64,000 nt of DNA from Chiloscyllium plagiosum (GCF_004010195.1 NC_057749.1:7461416-7525415); one strand, 5' to 3'. Counted from the first letter of the stretch, positions 11,461-24,025 are shown. Numbers and translations: made by a program. Notes: generated by a model from the letters alone, not told the origin.

Positions 11461-12289
11461 GGGACAACCAACAGCTCACCTGTTCTTCTTAAAGACAGTA
11501 CCTTGCTTTCATATTCCCCCCAAGAAAGCAGGAGGGACAGAACCTCAGTTTAAGTTCTCCTCCAAAAGGCACTGCCTCCAGCAAGATGCCATTCCACTCA
11601 GTGCTGCCTGGATTGTGTGTTCCAGTCTCTAAAGTTTGCGGTGCAAACGCAGGAGTGCCAATGAATAAGGAGCGGCTGACCCTGTACATTTGTCAAATCT
11701 GGGAGAAAGCGGAGCCAACCACTTCAAGCAGTAGTCAAGCTGAGCGTAAACAGGTCGGAGCCAGACTGCCTCCACAAACCCCAGACTGTCGGCTCTAAGC
11801 AAACATTTACATGTGGGCCCAAGTTCTCTTTGTTTAACTAATCTTGATGAATGAGCAGAAAGCACAGGTCACGCTTACTTGCATGTTCGAGGTGGTTTAT
11901 GACTCGCAGCAGCTGTTTCCATTGTTTGAGGTGCCTTAACCTTCACACTCTGATAACAGATTATTGTGCTGTGTGTGTAGAAGGCAGTACTTTGAACCAA
12001 GCCTTCTCCTGCAGACACCTTGTGTTTGTTCCCAAATATATCAGCCGGAAACCCAGTAGCTCTATTCCCACCAGGTGAGGCCTAGTAAATAGAAATATTT
12101 ATCATCCGCTCCTAGCCCTACTTAACACCCATCTGTTCCTTAATTATTCTCCGTGGGGAAATGGATGAATTCAGTTCGGTGCCCATGTGTTTGTGAAGGG
12201 CGACGCTGATCGGTTTGGCCTGTAGTCTATCTGCGTTTTGAAATGTGGTCAGTTTCAAGCGTTGAAATTGACATTCTGATCTCCTTCTC

Positions 12290-12507
12290 GGCCCAGTGAA
12301 GCAGTTGAGGCTACCTCGTCGCATGTTTTTAACGCAAAGATAGATTGATTTTTGAACATTAAAGGAATTAAGGGTTAAGGTGAGCAGGTGGGTAAGTGGA
12401 GTTGAGACCACGAAAAGATCAGCCATGATCTTATTGAATGGCAAAGCAGGCTCGGTGGGCCAGATGGCCTGGTCCTGCTCCTAGTTTTTATGTTCTTATG
12501 TTCTATT
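12290..12507 (+). mobile_element. CR1-clade LINE 3' end
   Basis: gatcagccatgatcttattgaatggc...ttatgttcttatgttct tail. Confidence 0.75.
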
Positions 12508-12666
12508 GTAGTCAGTCTATCTCCTGTTACTATACTTAAGTGGGACATTGGAATCAGAAGCCCATTGTTGCTGCCTCTCCCCTCTGCCCTCCAACCTCCA
12601 TCTGGCTCCCTCCCCCAATCATGGCCTGGTTCCTCGCCGCTTCATTGAGGGATTGGGGTAACCAAA

Positions 12667-12692
12667 GAGCGAGAGAGAGAGAGAGAGAGAGT
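12667..12692. repeat. (GA)n microsatellite
   Basis: gagcgagagagagagagagagagaga. Confidence 0.9.
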
Positions 12693-12744
12693 GGTGGAGG
12701 CACCAATGTCTCTTTCGGTGTCAATGTTTCTGTAATAACTCCAC

Positions 12745-12975
12745 CACTGGCACGGTTAACCCAGAGATCCAGGGAATGTTCTTGAGGGCCTGGGTTCAAA
12801 TCCTGCCACGGCAGATGGTGGAATTTGAAAATTGAAATCAAGAAAAAGAAAATCCGGAATTAAGAGTCAAATAATGATGATGATCCATTGCCGACTGTTG
12901 GCGAATAACCTTCATGGTTCATTAATGTTCTTTAGGGAAGCAATCTGCCATCCTTACCTGGTCTGGCCTACATGG
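12745..12975 (+). mobile_element. tRNA-derived SINE (family of 22081-22430), partial
   Basis: ctgggttcaaatcctgccacggcagatggtggaatttga...ttacctggtctggcctacat. Confidence 0.75.
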
Positions 12976-13094
12976 CCTTATTCTGTAAATGACTAATAAA
13001 AAAAAGCATCTCCATCCGGCCTTAACAGGCCCTTTCCTTTTCCTCATTGAATTTTTATATTATTCGTTCATGGGCTGTAAGCACAGTTGGAGAG

Positions 13095-13385
13095 GTCAGT
13101 GTACCATTCTGGTTACCTTTGTAAAGGAAGGATGTTGTTAAATTTGAGAGGGTGCAGAAAGGATTTACAAGGATGCAACCAGGATTGAAGGGTTTGAGTT
13201 ATAGCGAGAGACTGGAAAGGTTGGGATATTTTTACCCCTGGAAAGTCAGAAGTGAGGAGTGACCTTGTAGACGTTTATACAATCACCAGGAAAATGGATA
13301 GGCTGAATAGCCAAGGGTCGTTTTCCCAGGGTAGGGGAATCCAAACCCAGAGGGCATAGGTTGAAGGTGAGAGGGGAGAGGTTTA
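13095..13385 (+). mobile_element. CR1 LINE fragment abutting the tail of an opposite-strand CR1
   Basis: KFERVQKGFTRMQPGLKGLSY-like decayed ORF2. Confidence 0.85.
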
Positions 13386-13386
13386 G

Positions 13387-14610
13387 AATCATCAAATCAT
13401 ACAGCATGAAAACAGATCCTTTGGTGCAACCAGTCCATACTGACCACGTTCCCAAACTAAACAAGTCCCACTTTCCTGCGTTTGGCCCTATCTCTCCAAA
13501 CCTTTCCCATTCATGGTCTTAGGAGAAAGTGAGGACTGCAGATGCTGGAGATCAGAGTTGAAAAATGTGTTGCTGGAAAGACACAGCAGCGCAGGCAGCA
13601 TCTGAGGAAGCAGGAGAATCGACGTTTCGGGCAAAAGCCCTTCTTCAGCCTTCATTCCTGAAGAAGGGCTTATGCCCGAAACGTCGATTCTCCTGCTCCT
13701 CGGATGCTGCCTGGCCTGCTGTGTTTTTCCAGCATTCATGGACTTAACCAAATGTCTTTTAAACGTCATAACTGTACCTGCATCCGCCACTTCCTCTGGC
13801 AGTTCATTCCACACACGAACCACCCTCTGCATAAAAAGGTTGCCCTTTTGGAAACTTTCTCCTCTCACTTTAAAAATATGCCTCCTAGTTTTGAACTCAC
13901 CTACCCAGGGGAAAAGACCCTTGGCTATTCACCTTATCAATGTCCTTCATGATTTTATAAACCTCGATAAGGGCACGCCTCAGCCTCCTACCCTCCAGTG
14001 GGAAAAGGCCCAGCCTAGCTTTATAACTCAAACCCTCCATTCCCACGAACATTCTGGTAAATCCTTTCTGAACCCTCTCCAGCTTAATAATATCCTTCCC
14101 ATAACTAGATGACCAGAACTGCACACAGTGCTCCAAGAGGCCTCAGCAATGTCCTGTACAACCTCAGCATGACTTCATAACTCCTATACTCAAAGGTCTG
14201 AGCAATGAAGTCAAGCATGCTAAACACCTTCTTAACCATCCTTTCTACCTGTGATGCAAACTTCAAAGTATTATATACCTGAACCCCTTGGTCTCATTGT
14301 TTTATAACACTATCCAGGGCACTACCATTAATTGTATAAGTCCTGTCCCTGTTTGTTTTACCAAAATGCAATACCTCATGTTTACCCAAGTTAAACTTTA
14401 TCTACCACTCCTCAGCCAATTGATCCAATTGATCAAGAACCCTTTGCCATCTGAGTTAACCTTCTTCACTGTCCACTATACCACCAATTTTGTTGTCATC
14501 CACAAACTTACTAACCATGCCTCCTGTTTACTCATCCAAATTTTTTGTATGAATCATAAACAAAAGTGGGCTCAATCCCGATCCCGTGGAACACCGCTGG
14601 TCACAGACTT
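13387..14610 (-). mobile_element. CR1 LINE, about 1 kb 3' fragment with a nested PLE module
   Basis: EHCVQFWS...LERVQKGFTRM...RLRRALIEVYKIM; decayed SKFxDD region near 14490. Confidence 0.92.
13522..13732. mobile_element. Palindromic PLE family A module with intact hammerhead cores
   Basis: TSD cattcatgg(t/a)ctta at 13508-13521 and 13733-13746; cores at 13621-13648 (-) and 13658-13685 (+). Confidence 0.88.
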
Positions 14611-14789
14611 TCATTCGATAATGTCAAGTTAGAACCAGATTCAGCTGATAATTATCATACTGAGAAGATATTTCCCAGCAGACATAGGGTAGTGTGGGAA
14701 ACAGTGTTGGTGGAGGTTTGGGGTGGTGGGCCAGAGAGACAGAAGGAGCCTGGAGCAACAATGGTTATCTGCTTCTCCTGACCCTACAC

Positions 14790-15088
14790 TTAGATTAGAT
14801 TTTTTTTTAGATTACATTACAGTGTGGAAACAGGCGCTTCGGCCCAACAAGTCCACACCGACCCGCCAAAGCGCCACCCACCCGTACCCCTACATTTACC
14901 CCTTACCTAACACTACGGGCAATTTAGCATGGCGAATTCACCTGACCTGCACATCTTTGGACTGTGGGAGGAAACCGGAGCACCCGGAGGAAACCCACAC
15001 AGATACGGTCAGTCGCCTGAGGTGGGAATTGAACCCGGGTCTCCGGCGCTGTGAGGCAGCAGTGCTAACCACTATACCACCATGCCGC
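14790..15088 (-). mobile_element. HE1/V-SINE-like SINE, young-looking
   Basis: Nearly identical to 9251-9557 apart from a small core deletion; (ttaga)n tail. Confidence 0.92.
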
Positions 15089-15231
15089 TTAGGCAATTTT
15101 TTAGCTTTCCAACCAGCATGCAAAGCGAGCTCACACTTCCGTCAAAGTACAGTTAGGGTTTCACTGCTGTAAGAAACTGAACTGCCTCAACTCATAAAGC
15201 TTTAGTCTGCTTTAGGTAATTGCATTTCAGT

Positions 15232-15530
15232 CGAGGTAACACTCTTACCTCTGTGTCAGAATGCTCTAGGTTCAAGTCCCAAAGTCTATGCTGGCAAGCT
15301 CAGGCAGTACTGAGGGAGTACTGGACCGTCAGAGATGCTGTCTTTCAGAAGAAACATCAATCTGACCACTCGGGCTGATCTGAGGACCCCTGTGCTCTCG
15401 CAAGTAAGATTTTTCAATATTTCAACAGTTCATCTCAATGTCTTGGCCATTATTTGTTCCTGAACCAACATAACTGAAAGTCGATTGCCCAGCCACACTG
15501 TTGTTTACGGAGCTTGCTGTGCAGAAATTA
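15232..15530 (+). mobile_element. Deu-domain-like SINE; continues at about 16150-16210
   Basis: ggtaacactcttacctctgtgtcagaa...ggttcaagtccc head; gcagtactgagggagtactg core. Confidence 0.6.
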
Positions 15531-16148
15531 AGTCAAGAAGGCATATGGTGTGTTGACAGTTACTTGTAGGGGAATTGAGTTTTGGAGTCTAAAGGTCATG
15601 TTTCAGCTGTACAATATACTGGTGTGGCCGCACCTGGAGTATTGCGTGCAGTTCTGGTCACCGTATTGTAGGAAGGATGTGGAACTTTGGAAAGGGTTCA
15701 GAGGAGATTTACTAGGATATTGCATTTTACGGAAGGAAAATCTTATGAGGAAAAGCTGAGGGAACTGAGGCTATTTTTGTTTGAGAGAAGAAGATTGAGA
15801 GGTGACTTAATTGAGACATATAAGATAATCAGAGGGTTACATAGGGTAGAGCCTTTTTCCTCGGGTGGTGAAGGCTAACATGAGGGGACTTAGTTTTAAA
15901 TTGAGGGGTGATAGATTTAGGACAGATATCAGGGATAGTTGCTTTACTCACAGAGTAATAGGGGCATGGAACGGCCTGTCTGCAACAGTAGTAAACCTGC
16001 CAATGTTAAGGGCATTTAAATGGGCAGTGGATATACATATGGTAATAATAGAATGGTGTAGGTTAGATGGGCATCAGATTAATTTCACAGGTCAGCTCAA
16101 CATTGATGGCTGAAGGGCATGTATTGCATTGTAACGTTCTATGTTCTA
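15531..16148 (+). mobile_element. CR1 LINE 3' fragment
   Basis: LVWPHLEYCVQFWSP...RRRLRGDLIETYKI; ttctatgttcta tail. Confidence 0.92.
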
Positions 16149-16715
16149 GGTGCAACTACAACTGTCCCGACATTTCAAAAACACTTCACTGGCTATAAAA
16201 CACTAGGCAAGGCACCTTACCTAACATAATCTCACAGAGTTAAATGTGGAAAAATGGCTAAAGGAAGGGTTCAGATCACAAAGAAATAATTTGTTGAAGT
16301 TGGATGGGCTCTATGCTCTTGTTAATGAACAGCAACAGGTTCTACTGAATGTTGTTAAATCTAGAGGATGGTAAGAAAGAACACCTTACCTAACAGATCC
16401 AGTCTCTACCTGTTCCATAAAACTGGATGTCGCTCAGCTAACATGAAAACTAGCTCATTCGCCATACACAGAGTAAAGGTATAATTCCCTTTACCCATGG
16501 GACTAAAAGACACAAACTAAAAATGATAAAGAAATAGATCAGGTGCATGTCTGGAAGTGAATAAAGGAATATAAATAAAAATACTGGCATAGTGACAGAA
16601 AGAAGCCGATAACAGAATGGAAATTGATTTAATCTGTTTTGCCTACCAAGTCAATGGCAACATATTTATATGGGATTCTCCCTCATTCTGCATCCAGCCT
16701 ATTTAAAATTGAACT

Positions 16716-17070
16716 TGAAATAACTGCACAGAGGCCAGTATCCCATCGCCAAGTCACCCTTTATTTACGTGTGCACAGTACACTGGCTGTGACCAGCCAT
16801 ATTGGAGTCAGCCCCTGAAGTGAGGAGATTCTGAAACCCCTATTTATACCTATTTTTTGTTCTGTGAAAGAATGATTTATTAATAAGTTAATTACTCTTT
16901 ATACAGATGTTCTCTGAAAATTACACTTTTTTTCTACAAGAGTCCTTTGGTCTCCAAACTCAAATTTCTATTCAGTCCTCAGTCAGCCAGAGCTCCCCGA
17001 TTGGCCCAAGTTAACAACCCCAATGAAGGATGTCATAGTCAAAGAGATCCACATGGTTTCAATCACTGTA
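16716..17070 (-). mobile_element. Solo LTR with about 130 bp of extra AT-rich internal sequence
   Basis: Perfect 5-bp TSD GAACT (16711-16715 and 17071-17075); AATAAA on the minus strand near 16760; homologous to 411-606. Confidence 0.75.
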
Positions 17071-17725
17071 GAACTCCTCTGTAACTGGGCAGTCCCCAAA
17101 ATCAACATAACTAGAAATGCTCTTTCCTGTACATTTTGACATGAAAATTCACCTTTTAAGAAAAGGTAGTATATTGCTATTTCCAAGCTTTCCAAGTTAA
17201 AGGAAGCACTTTGAACTGAAACTAAAATGTTACCTGCCAGATATTGTAAGTTAATCTGGAACAGCTCAAGTCAAAACTCTTTTGCATCCTCAGTGAATGA
17301 GTTAAAAAAAAACCCTTAAACTTTCTCCAAAGTGGGAGCAAGTTTCCTTCAAACTCCAAACAAGACTCATCATGGAGGATTATGCCAAGTTGCAATTCAG
17401 CCTGCTGGGACAGTGATAATGAGGCCAGTATCACACTGTTTTGCTTCCATTTCTCACAGTCATCCTGCAACTTGAGCATTTGAACCACCCACAACGAGGA
17501 TTGTTGTCAGGCTCAGTGCACAACACAAAGCATTGCTGATGGAATTACAGATGATTGTTCTAAGAGCATGTCACAAATGGACCAATTATACCATAACTTC
17601 CTGACAAGGTTTGCAACTGTAAAGACTTTTTCCAAATCTTTTGAATGTTTTAGAAAGTGCTGAACTTTTCAATGTCTTCCAGTTCACTCATGGGCTCACA
17701 GGCAGAGTTGACAAAGTCACCAGGA

Positions 17726-18155
17726 GTGGCACGGCAGTTAGCACCCTGCTGTCCCTAGCGCCAGGGACCCGGGTTGAATTCCAGTCTTGGATGGCTGCCT
17801 GTGTGGAGTTTGCACATTTGTCCTGTATCTGCGTGGAATACTACCTTTTCTTAAAAGGTGAATTTTCATGTCAAAATGTACAGGAAAGAGCATTTCTAGT
17901 TATGTTGATTTTGGGGACTGCCCAGTTACAGAGGAGTTCTACAGTGATTGGAACCAGGTGGATCTCTTTGACTATGACATCCTTCATTGGGGTTGTTAAC
18001 TTGCATCTTGTGTCCTAGGGCATGTAGATTGGCCATGACAAAGGTGTGACACTATGTGAATAGGGAACAGGGTCGGGTCTGGATGGGCTAGTGTTCAGAT
18101 GGTCAGTGCAGACTCAATGTGCTGAAGGAACTCTATCCACACTGTAGGAACTCTG
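17726..18155 (+). mobile_element. HE1/V-SINE-like SINE whose middle is replaced by an inverted local copy
   Basis: Head and core to about 17836, tail resumes at about 18004. Confidence 0.75.
17838..18003 (-). repeat. 166-bp inverted duplicate of 17007-17172
   Basis: Direct comparison shows 2 mismatches; the ORF track gives the same peptide on opposite strands. Confidence 0.95.
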
Positions 18156-18309
18156 CCTCTCATTAGAGCCATCAAGCTATCTGAACCAGCTTCCTCCCAG
18201 CATCAGCTAGATACCCCAATTGATTGACAATCTCACATTTCAACAGGGCCATTTTTCATTAGCATTTTGACACAGCATCTGTGACACAGTCAGACTTATC
18301 ACAGCACAG

Positions 18310-18565
18310 GCAATAACTAAGGTATTAGAATAGGTGGCGAAAAAGCCTAGTCGAAGAATAGATTTTAAGACACATTTTAAATTGAAAACAGCAAGGTTGG
18401 GAGGCTGAGGGAGTGAGTTCAGATTGCAGATAGTTGAAGCCAACAACAATGGAGCAGATGAGCTGGGGATTACACAGAATTGAAGGACTGCAGAGATCTT
18501 CGAGGGTTGAGGGCTGCAGCTCATCATTGAGCCCGGGAGGAGAGTGAGGCCATGGTGTGCAATGA
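18310..18565 (-). mobile_element. Degenerate L2-like fragment
   Basis: Similar to 29010-29450. Confidence 0.45.
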
Positions 18566-19729
18566 AAAAAAAGCTGAGAAGTTACCCCATTTCCCCAAGG
18601 AAAGCACTGAGCTCCCTTTGCAAATACATTTTGCAGTCAATGCGAAACACTAACACTAACTCAAAAGACGGTAGCTCAACAGTTTTGTGGGTGAGCTCGA
18701 GCAGCCTGAATCCATTTGGCATGGGCACAAGACAAAGTTCAACAACAGCTGGCACTGCAATAAGTCGCAGTGTGCTTGTCATGTCTCAGAGTTGGAAAAC
18801 TGGCAAATTGACAGAGTTTCAGGAGAGCACTGTGCCAGAGCAAGGGGCACAGTGCACAATAGGTATTGCATTTAAGTAGCGGAGTAGCCATTATAGGTTG
18901 AATCTCACTGTTAAGTTATAAAGTGTAACTCTACAACTCTTGGGTTCCAATGCTTGATGGCTGAAATGGAAAGCATTCCAAAGCCTCTACCCCAATGTCC
19001 TTTGATGACCACAACATACAGTAACAAAAAAGATGAGAAAAATGTGCTGCATTTAATTATTTTATGAATTTAAATTAATAAATGAAACAAAACACAAATG
19101 TGATTATATTATTATAATTTGCAACATGCCTAAATTACAGCACCAATTTAAGAACGCACCACAGTAGATGAATACATCCTTCAATGTTGAATATACAAAT
19201 GTGGTCCTAGCACGTAAAGCTCACAGCTCATAGATAGTATATTGACTATGCTATTTCCTTGTAATCAATTGCAGATTATGATTCGATAAAGCTGCGGTCA
19301 TTGCAATCATCAATCTTCCAGCCTGAGCGTCACTGCTTGTTAATTACACCGAGTGCTCGTTAATTACATGAAGTGCCCTTGTTGTTGATGTCACTGAGCC
19401 ACTTGCCAACAACAAAAACATCACATAGAGCGAATTAGGAATGAATTCGTCCCATCAACTGCACAGAGCCACAGGCAGGAAAGGATGCGATTCCTCACAG
19501 TGGGAATCCCAACACAGCAGGGGGTTGAGAATTTTCAGCCGGTTGAATTTTGCTCCTGTGAATTCAATGGTGGCCTCAATGGCCTCAGTGAGATTTTGTT
19601 TTCGAGTCAATGCTTGGAATTCATACACCCCCATAGTGCAATTTAATGCCCTCCCCCTCCATGGGGAGTTTGGTGGCAGTTTGGGTATATCCTTTAATCA
19701 GGCAGGGAGGTGGTCAGTTGAGCTATTTT

Positions 19730-19810
19730 AACAAAAACAGAAATTGCTGGAAAAGCTCAGCATGTCTGGCAGCACCTGTGGAGAGAAATCAGAGTTAACG
19801 TTTCGGGTCT
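19730..19810 (-). mobile_element. PLE family C arm
   Basis: aaaaacagaaattgctggaaaagctcagc...gttaacgtttcggg; also at 22520-22590 and 57340-57430. Confidence 0.65.
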
Positions 19811-20107
19811 ACGTTAAGGTTTGATTCCCTCAGAAATCAAAGCTATATTTGTGCCTCCATCCTGATTAAGTCAATGGCTGCATGACTCATTCATGTATAG
19901 CTTTCCCATCGTATTACTCTTTGAGGTCCCTAGATATTCAAAGAAGGTTCAATTAAGGGCTTCATTCTTAAACAACAACACACGATCACATCCATCTACA
20001 AGGACAAGGGTAACAAATACAAATACATGGGACACCACCACCTGCAAATTCCCTTCAATCCATCCATCATCCTGACTTATAGAGTCATAGAGCTGTACAG
20101 CACGGAA

Positions 20108-20905
20108 TACACATAAATGATCTGGAAGAGGGCACTGTTGGTATGATCAGCAAGTTTGCAGATGACACAAAGATTGGTGGAGTAGCAGAAAGCATAAGAG
20201 ACTGGCAAAGAATACAGGAGGATATAGATAAACTGGAGAGTTCGGCGGAAAATTGGCAGATAGATTTCAATCCAGACAAATGTGAGGTGATGCATTTAGG
20301 CAAGACTAATTTTAGAGCCTTGGGAAAAGTTGATGGGCAGAGAGATCTGAGAGTGCAGGTCCTTAGTATGCTGAAGGTTGCTGCACAGGTGGATAAAGTG
20401 GTCAAGCAGGCATATAGTATGCTTGCCTTCATTGGATGGGGTACTGAGTATAAGAGCTGGCATTAGGCAAGACTAATTCTAGAGCCTTGGGAAAAGTTGA
20501 TGGGCAGAGAGATCTGAGAGTGCAGGTCCTTAGTACGCTGAAGGTTGCTGCACAGGTGGATAAAGTGGTCAAGCAGGCATATAGTATGCTTGCCTTCATT
20601 GGATGGGGTACTGAGTATAAGAGCTGGCAAGTCATGTTAAAATTGTACAAGACATTGGTTCGGCCTCATTTAGAATACTGTGTACAGTACTTCACACAGA
20701 GGGTGGTGGGCATCTGGAACGCGTTGCCAGCTGAGGTGGTAGAGGCAGGCGCGGGAGATTCATTTAAGATGCATCTGGACAGATGCTTGAGTAGGGATAC
20801 AGATGCTTAGGAATTGGGCAAAAGGTTTATGTAGTAGATTTGAATCGGCTCAGGCTTGGAGGGCCGAAGGGCCTGTTCCTGGGCTGTAAATTTTCTTTGT
20901 TCTTT
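20108..20905 (+). mobile_element. Internally deleted CR1 LINE with a 167-bp tandem duplication, nested in the tail of a minus-strand CR1
   Basis: ISKFADDTKIGG RT motif; LVRPHLEYCVQ joined directly to FTQRVVGIWN; host tail is split at 20078-20107 | 20906. Confidence 0.92.
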
Positions 20906-21535
20906 GGAAACAGATCCTTCGGTCCAATTTGTCCATGCCGACCAGATATCCTAAATTAATCAAATCCCATTTGCCAGCACTTGGCCCATATCCCTCTAAA
21001 TCCTTCTTGTTCATCTACCCATCCAGATGCCTTTTCAATGTTGTGATTATACCAGTCTCCACCACTTCCTCTGGCAGCTCATTCCATACACGCACCACCC
21101 TCTGTGTGAAAAATCTGCCCCTTAGATCCCTTTTAAATCTTTCCTCTCTCACCCTGAACCTATGCCCTCTCATTTTTGACTCACCTCTCCTGGAAAAAGC
21201 ATTTTGGCTATTCACCCTATTCATGATCCTCATGATTTTATAAACCTCTATGAGATCACCCCTCAACCTCTGATGTTCCAGGGAAAATATTCCCAGCCCC
21301 CCCTACAGCTGAAACCCTCCAGCCCTGGCAACGTCTTTGTAAATCGTTTCTGAACCCTTTCAAGTTTCAGCAGGAGATCAGATTTGAATGCAGTATTCCA
21401 AAAATATTCTAAACAATGTCCTGTACAACCATAACATGACCTCCCAACCTCTGTATTCAATGCACTGACCAACAAAGGTAAGCAGGTAAAGACCTTGTTC
21501 ACTACCCTGACTACCTGCAACTCCACTTGCAAGGG
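20906..21535 (-). mobile_element. CR1 LINE 3' fragment (extreme tail at 20078-20107)
   Basis: RGDLIEVYKIM...FFTQRVVRVWNELPEEVV. Confidence 0.92.
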
Positions 21536-21536
21536 T

Positions 21537-21660
21537 CCCAATGAAGGGTTAAGTCTGAAACGTTGACCCTCTTGATCCTCAGACACTGCCTGACTCGCTG
21601 TGCTTTTTCCACACTTTATCAACTCTGCTCTCTCCAGCAACTGCAGTCCTCACTGTCTGC
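21537..21660 (+). mobile_element. PLE-type arm related to family A
   Basis: atgaagggttaagtctgaaacgttgac...ctccagcaactgcagtcctcact. Confidence 0.65.
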
Positions 21661-21802
21661 TACTCCACTATAAAGGAACTATGAAAGAAATAAGTCACCC
21701 TTCCTTCAGCGTTGCTGGGTCAAAATCCCAGAACTCAGCATTGAGAGTGTACCTACACCAAATGGCAGCTCAAGAAGGAAACTCACCACCACCTTCTCAC
21801 CA

Positions 21803-21940
21803 CCTCATTCCTAATGAAGGGCTTTTGCCCAAAATGTTGATTTTCCTGCTCCTCAGATGCTGCCTGACCCGCTATGCTTTTCCTGCACCACTCTAATCTT
21901 GACTCTGCTCTCCAGCATCTGCAGTACACACTTTTCACCT
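21803..21940 (+). mobile_element. PLE family A arm nested in a LINE/SINE 3' tail (21690-22015)
   Basis: cattcctaatgaagggcttttgcccaaaatgttga (decayed core)...ctccagcatctgcag. Confidence 0.8.
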
Positions 21941-22080
21941 TCCCAAGGGCAATTAGGGATGAACAATAAATGCTGGCCCAGCCAGTAATGACCACGTTCC
22001 ATGAGTGAGTAAATAAAATTCATGCTATCGTTGGCATTCATCCAATAGCAATTACATGAGGAGTCTGAGGCACTCAAGCT

Positions 22081-22430
22081 GGGAGAGGCAATGGCCTAGT
22101 AGTATTGTTGCTTGACTGTTAATCCAGAACTCAGGTAATGGTCTGGGGATCTGGGTTCAAATCCTGCCATGGCAGATGGTGGAATTTTTAATTCAATAGA
22201 AATTCTGGAACTAAGTGACTAATGATGACCACAAATCCATTGTTGGATAAACCCATCTGATTCACTAATGCCCTTGAAGGAAGTAAACTGCTGTCCTTAC
22301 CTGGTGTGGCCTACATGTGACTCCAGACCCACAGCAACGTACCTGACTTTTAACTGCCCTCTGGGCAATTAGGGATGGGCAATAAATGCTGGCCGAGTCA
22401 GTAACATCCTCATCCCATGAATGAATTTTT
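22081..22430 (+). mobile_element. Full-length tRNA-derived SINE (family not named here)
   Basis: A box tggcctagtagt, B box gggttcaaatcc; tail gggcaattagggatgggcaataaatgctggcc...atgaatgaat shared with LINE fragments at 27460-28560. Confidence 0.8.
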
Positions 22431-23089
22431 AAAAATCCATGTAGATTTTCCTGCAGCCTTTTGTTTGGCTGCAGTGGGTGATTATGTAGAAGACAAATAA
22501 AGCAGAGATCCCGATTAATAGCAAAAACAGAAATTGCTGGAGAAACTCAGCAGGTCTGGCAGTACCAGTGGAGAGAAAGCAGAGGTAATGATTCTTGGAA
22601 CTCCCTGATTAATAATGGAGAGCTCAAGATCAGACCCCAACATGGCAACTGGAGAATCTAAATTCAGCTTTGAAAATCGAGATCAGTAAAAGTGACCACA
22701 AAACCCAGATTATTGCAACAATCCAGCTGGTTCACACATTTCCTGAGACACACTCTGGCACACAGGCCACTCCAACCTTTCATTACGTTTGTTGGTTCTC
22801 TCCTGCCCTATGGAGTGGCTGAGTGTGGTGCTCAGTGGCGCCAACTACTGGACAGCTCATCATCACCTTCTTATCGGAATTAAGCACAAACAATGAATGG
22901 TTCCCCACCCCAAAAATGTTCCTCACTTCCTCAATGCTGTCTGACTCTCTGGGTGTTGTCCTGAAACTTTTGCACCTTTTTGAAATTTCCAACAAATGTT
23001 TTTGACTGGACTGCCTTACTTGGGTTGGCCCCAGCCCAAGAAGGAGCAAAATGTGGCTCATTTTAAATGTGGAAAGCCTAAATCTATCC

Positions 23090-23422
23090 ATAGAATGCAT
23101 CCAGCATGGAAACAGCCCATTTGGGCCAACAAGTCCACACCTACCCCACAAAGACCACCCCACTCAAATCCATCCCCCAACTGTACTTCTGCTTTTCCCA
23201 TGGCTAACACATCTAACATACACACCCCTGAACACTATGGGTAATTTCACGTGGCCAATTTACCAAACCTGCATATCTGAAGGAGGGAAATCTGAACACC
23301 TTGCAGAAACCCACACAGACACATACCAACTTTACACACAGAGAGTCACCCAAGGGTGGAATCAAACCCAGTTTCCTGGCACTGTGAGGTAGCAGTGCTA
23401 ACCACTGGGCCACCGTGCTACC
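23090..23422 (-). mobile_element. HE1/V-SINE-like SINE
   Basis: gtgaggtagcagtgctaaccactgggccaccgtgctaccc head. Confidence 0.85.
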
Positions 23423-23759
23423 CACAAATTCAATCTTCAATTCTTCCTCAAAAGGTAGACATTTGTCTCACATATCTTCCCATATTTGCATTTCAATTTT
23501 TGTTCTTTGATATTCCCTCCTCTCATATTCAACCTCTGTCTACACTGATGCATGTGAGGGTACTGGTCCATGATTATTGGTCCTCTCTATAATCACAAGA
23601 TATCAGATACCAGCCATTCATCAAATGGCAGTAGGACAGCATGGCTGTGGCATTAAATCAAATTCAATTCTCACCTTTTCGAATATAGCTGGCTCGAAGC
23701 TCAATGACCACTTGCCTGTCTAAACCAAGCCAGTAAGATCAAATGTCTCTGCTGAAGGT

Positions 23760-24025
23760 CATGATTTGGATGTGCCGGTGTTGGACTGGGGTGTACAAAG
23801 TTAAAAATCACACAACACCAGATTATAGTCCAACAGGTTTATTCAGAAGCACTACCTTTTAGAGTGCTGCTCCTTCATCAGGTGGTTGCTGAGTATAAGT
23901 GGACTATAACTTTTGTGTCTTACAATCTTATACTCAGCAACCACCTGATGAAGGAGCAGCACTCTAAAAGGTAGTGCTTCAGAATAAACCTGTTGAGCTA
24001 TAATCTGGTGTTGTGTGATTTTTAA
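23760..24025. mobile_element. Palindromic PLE family B module
   Basis: Inverted arms of about 100 bp; perfect 13-bp TSD ctctgctgaaggt at 23747-23759 and 24026-24038. Confidence 0.88.
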
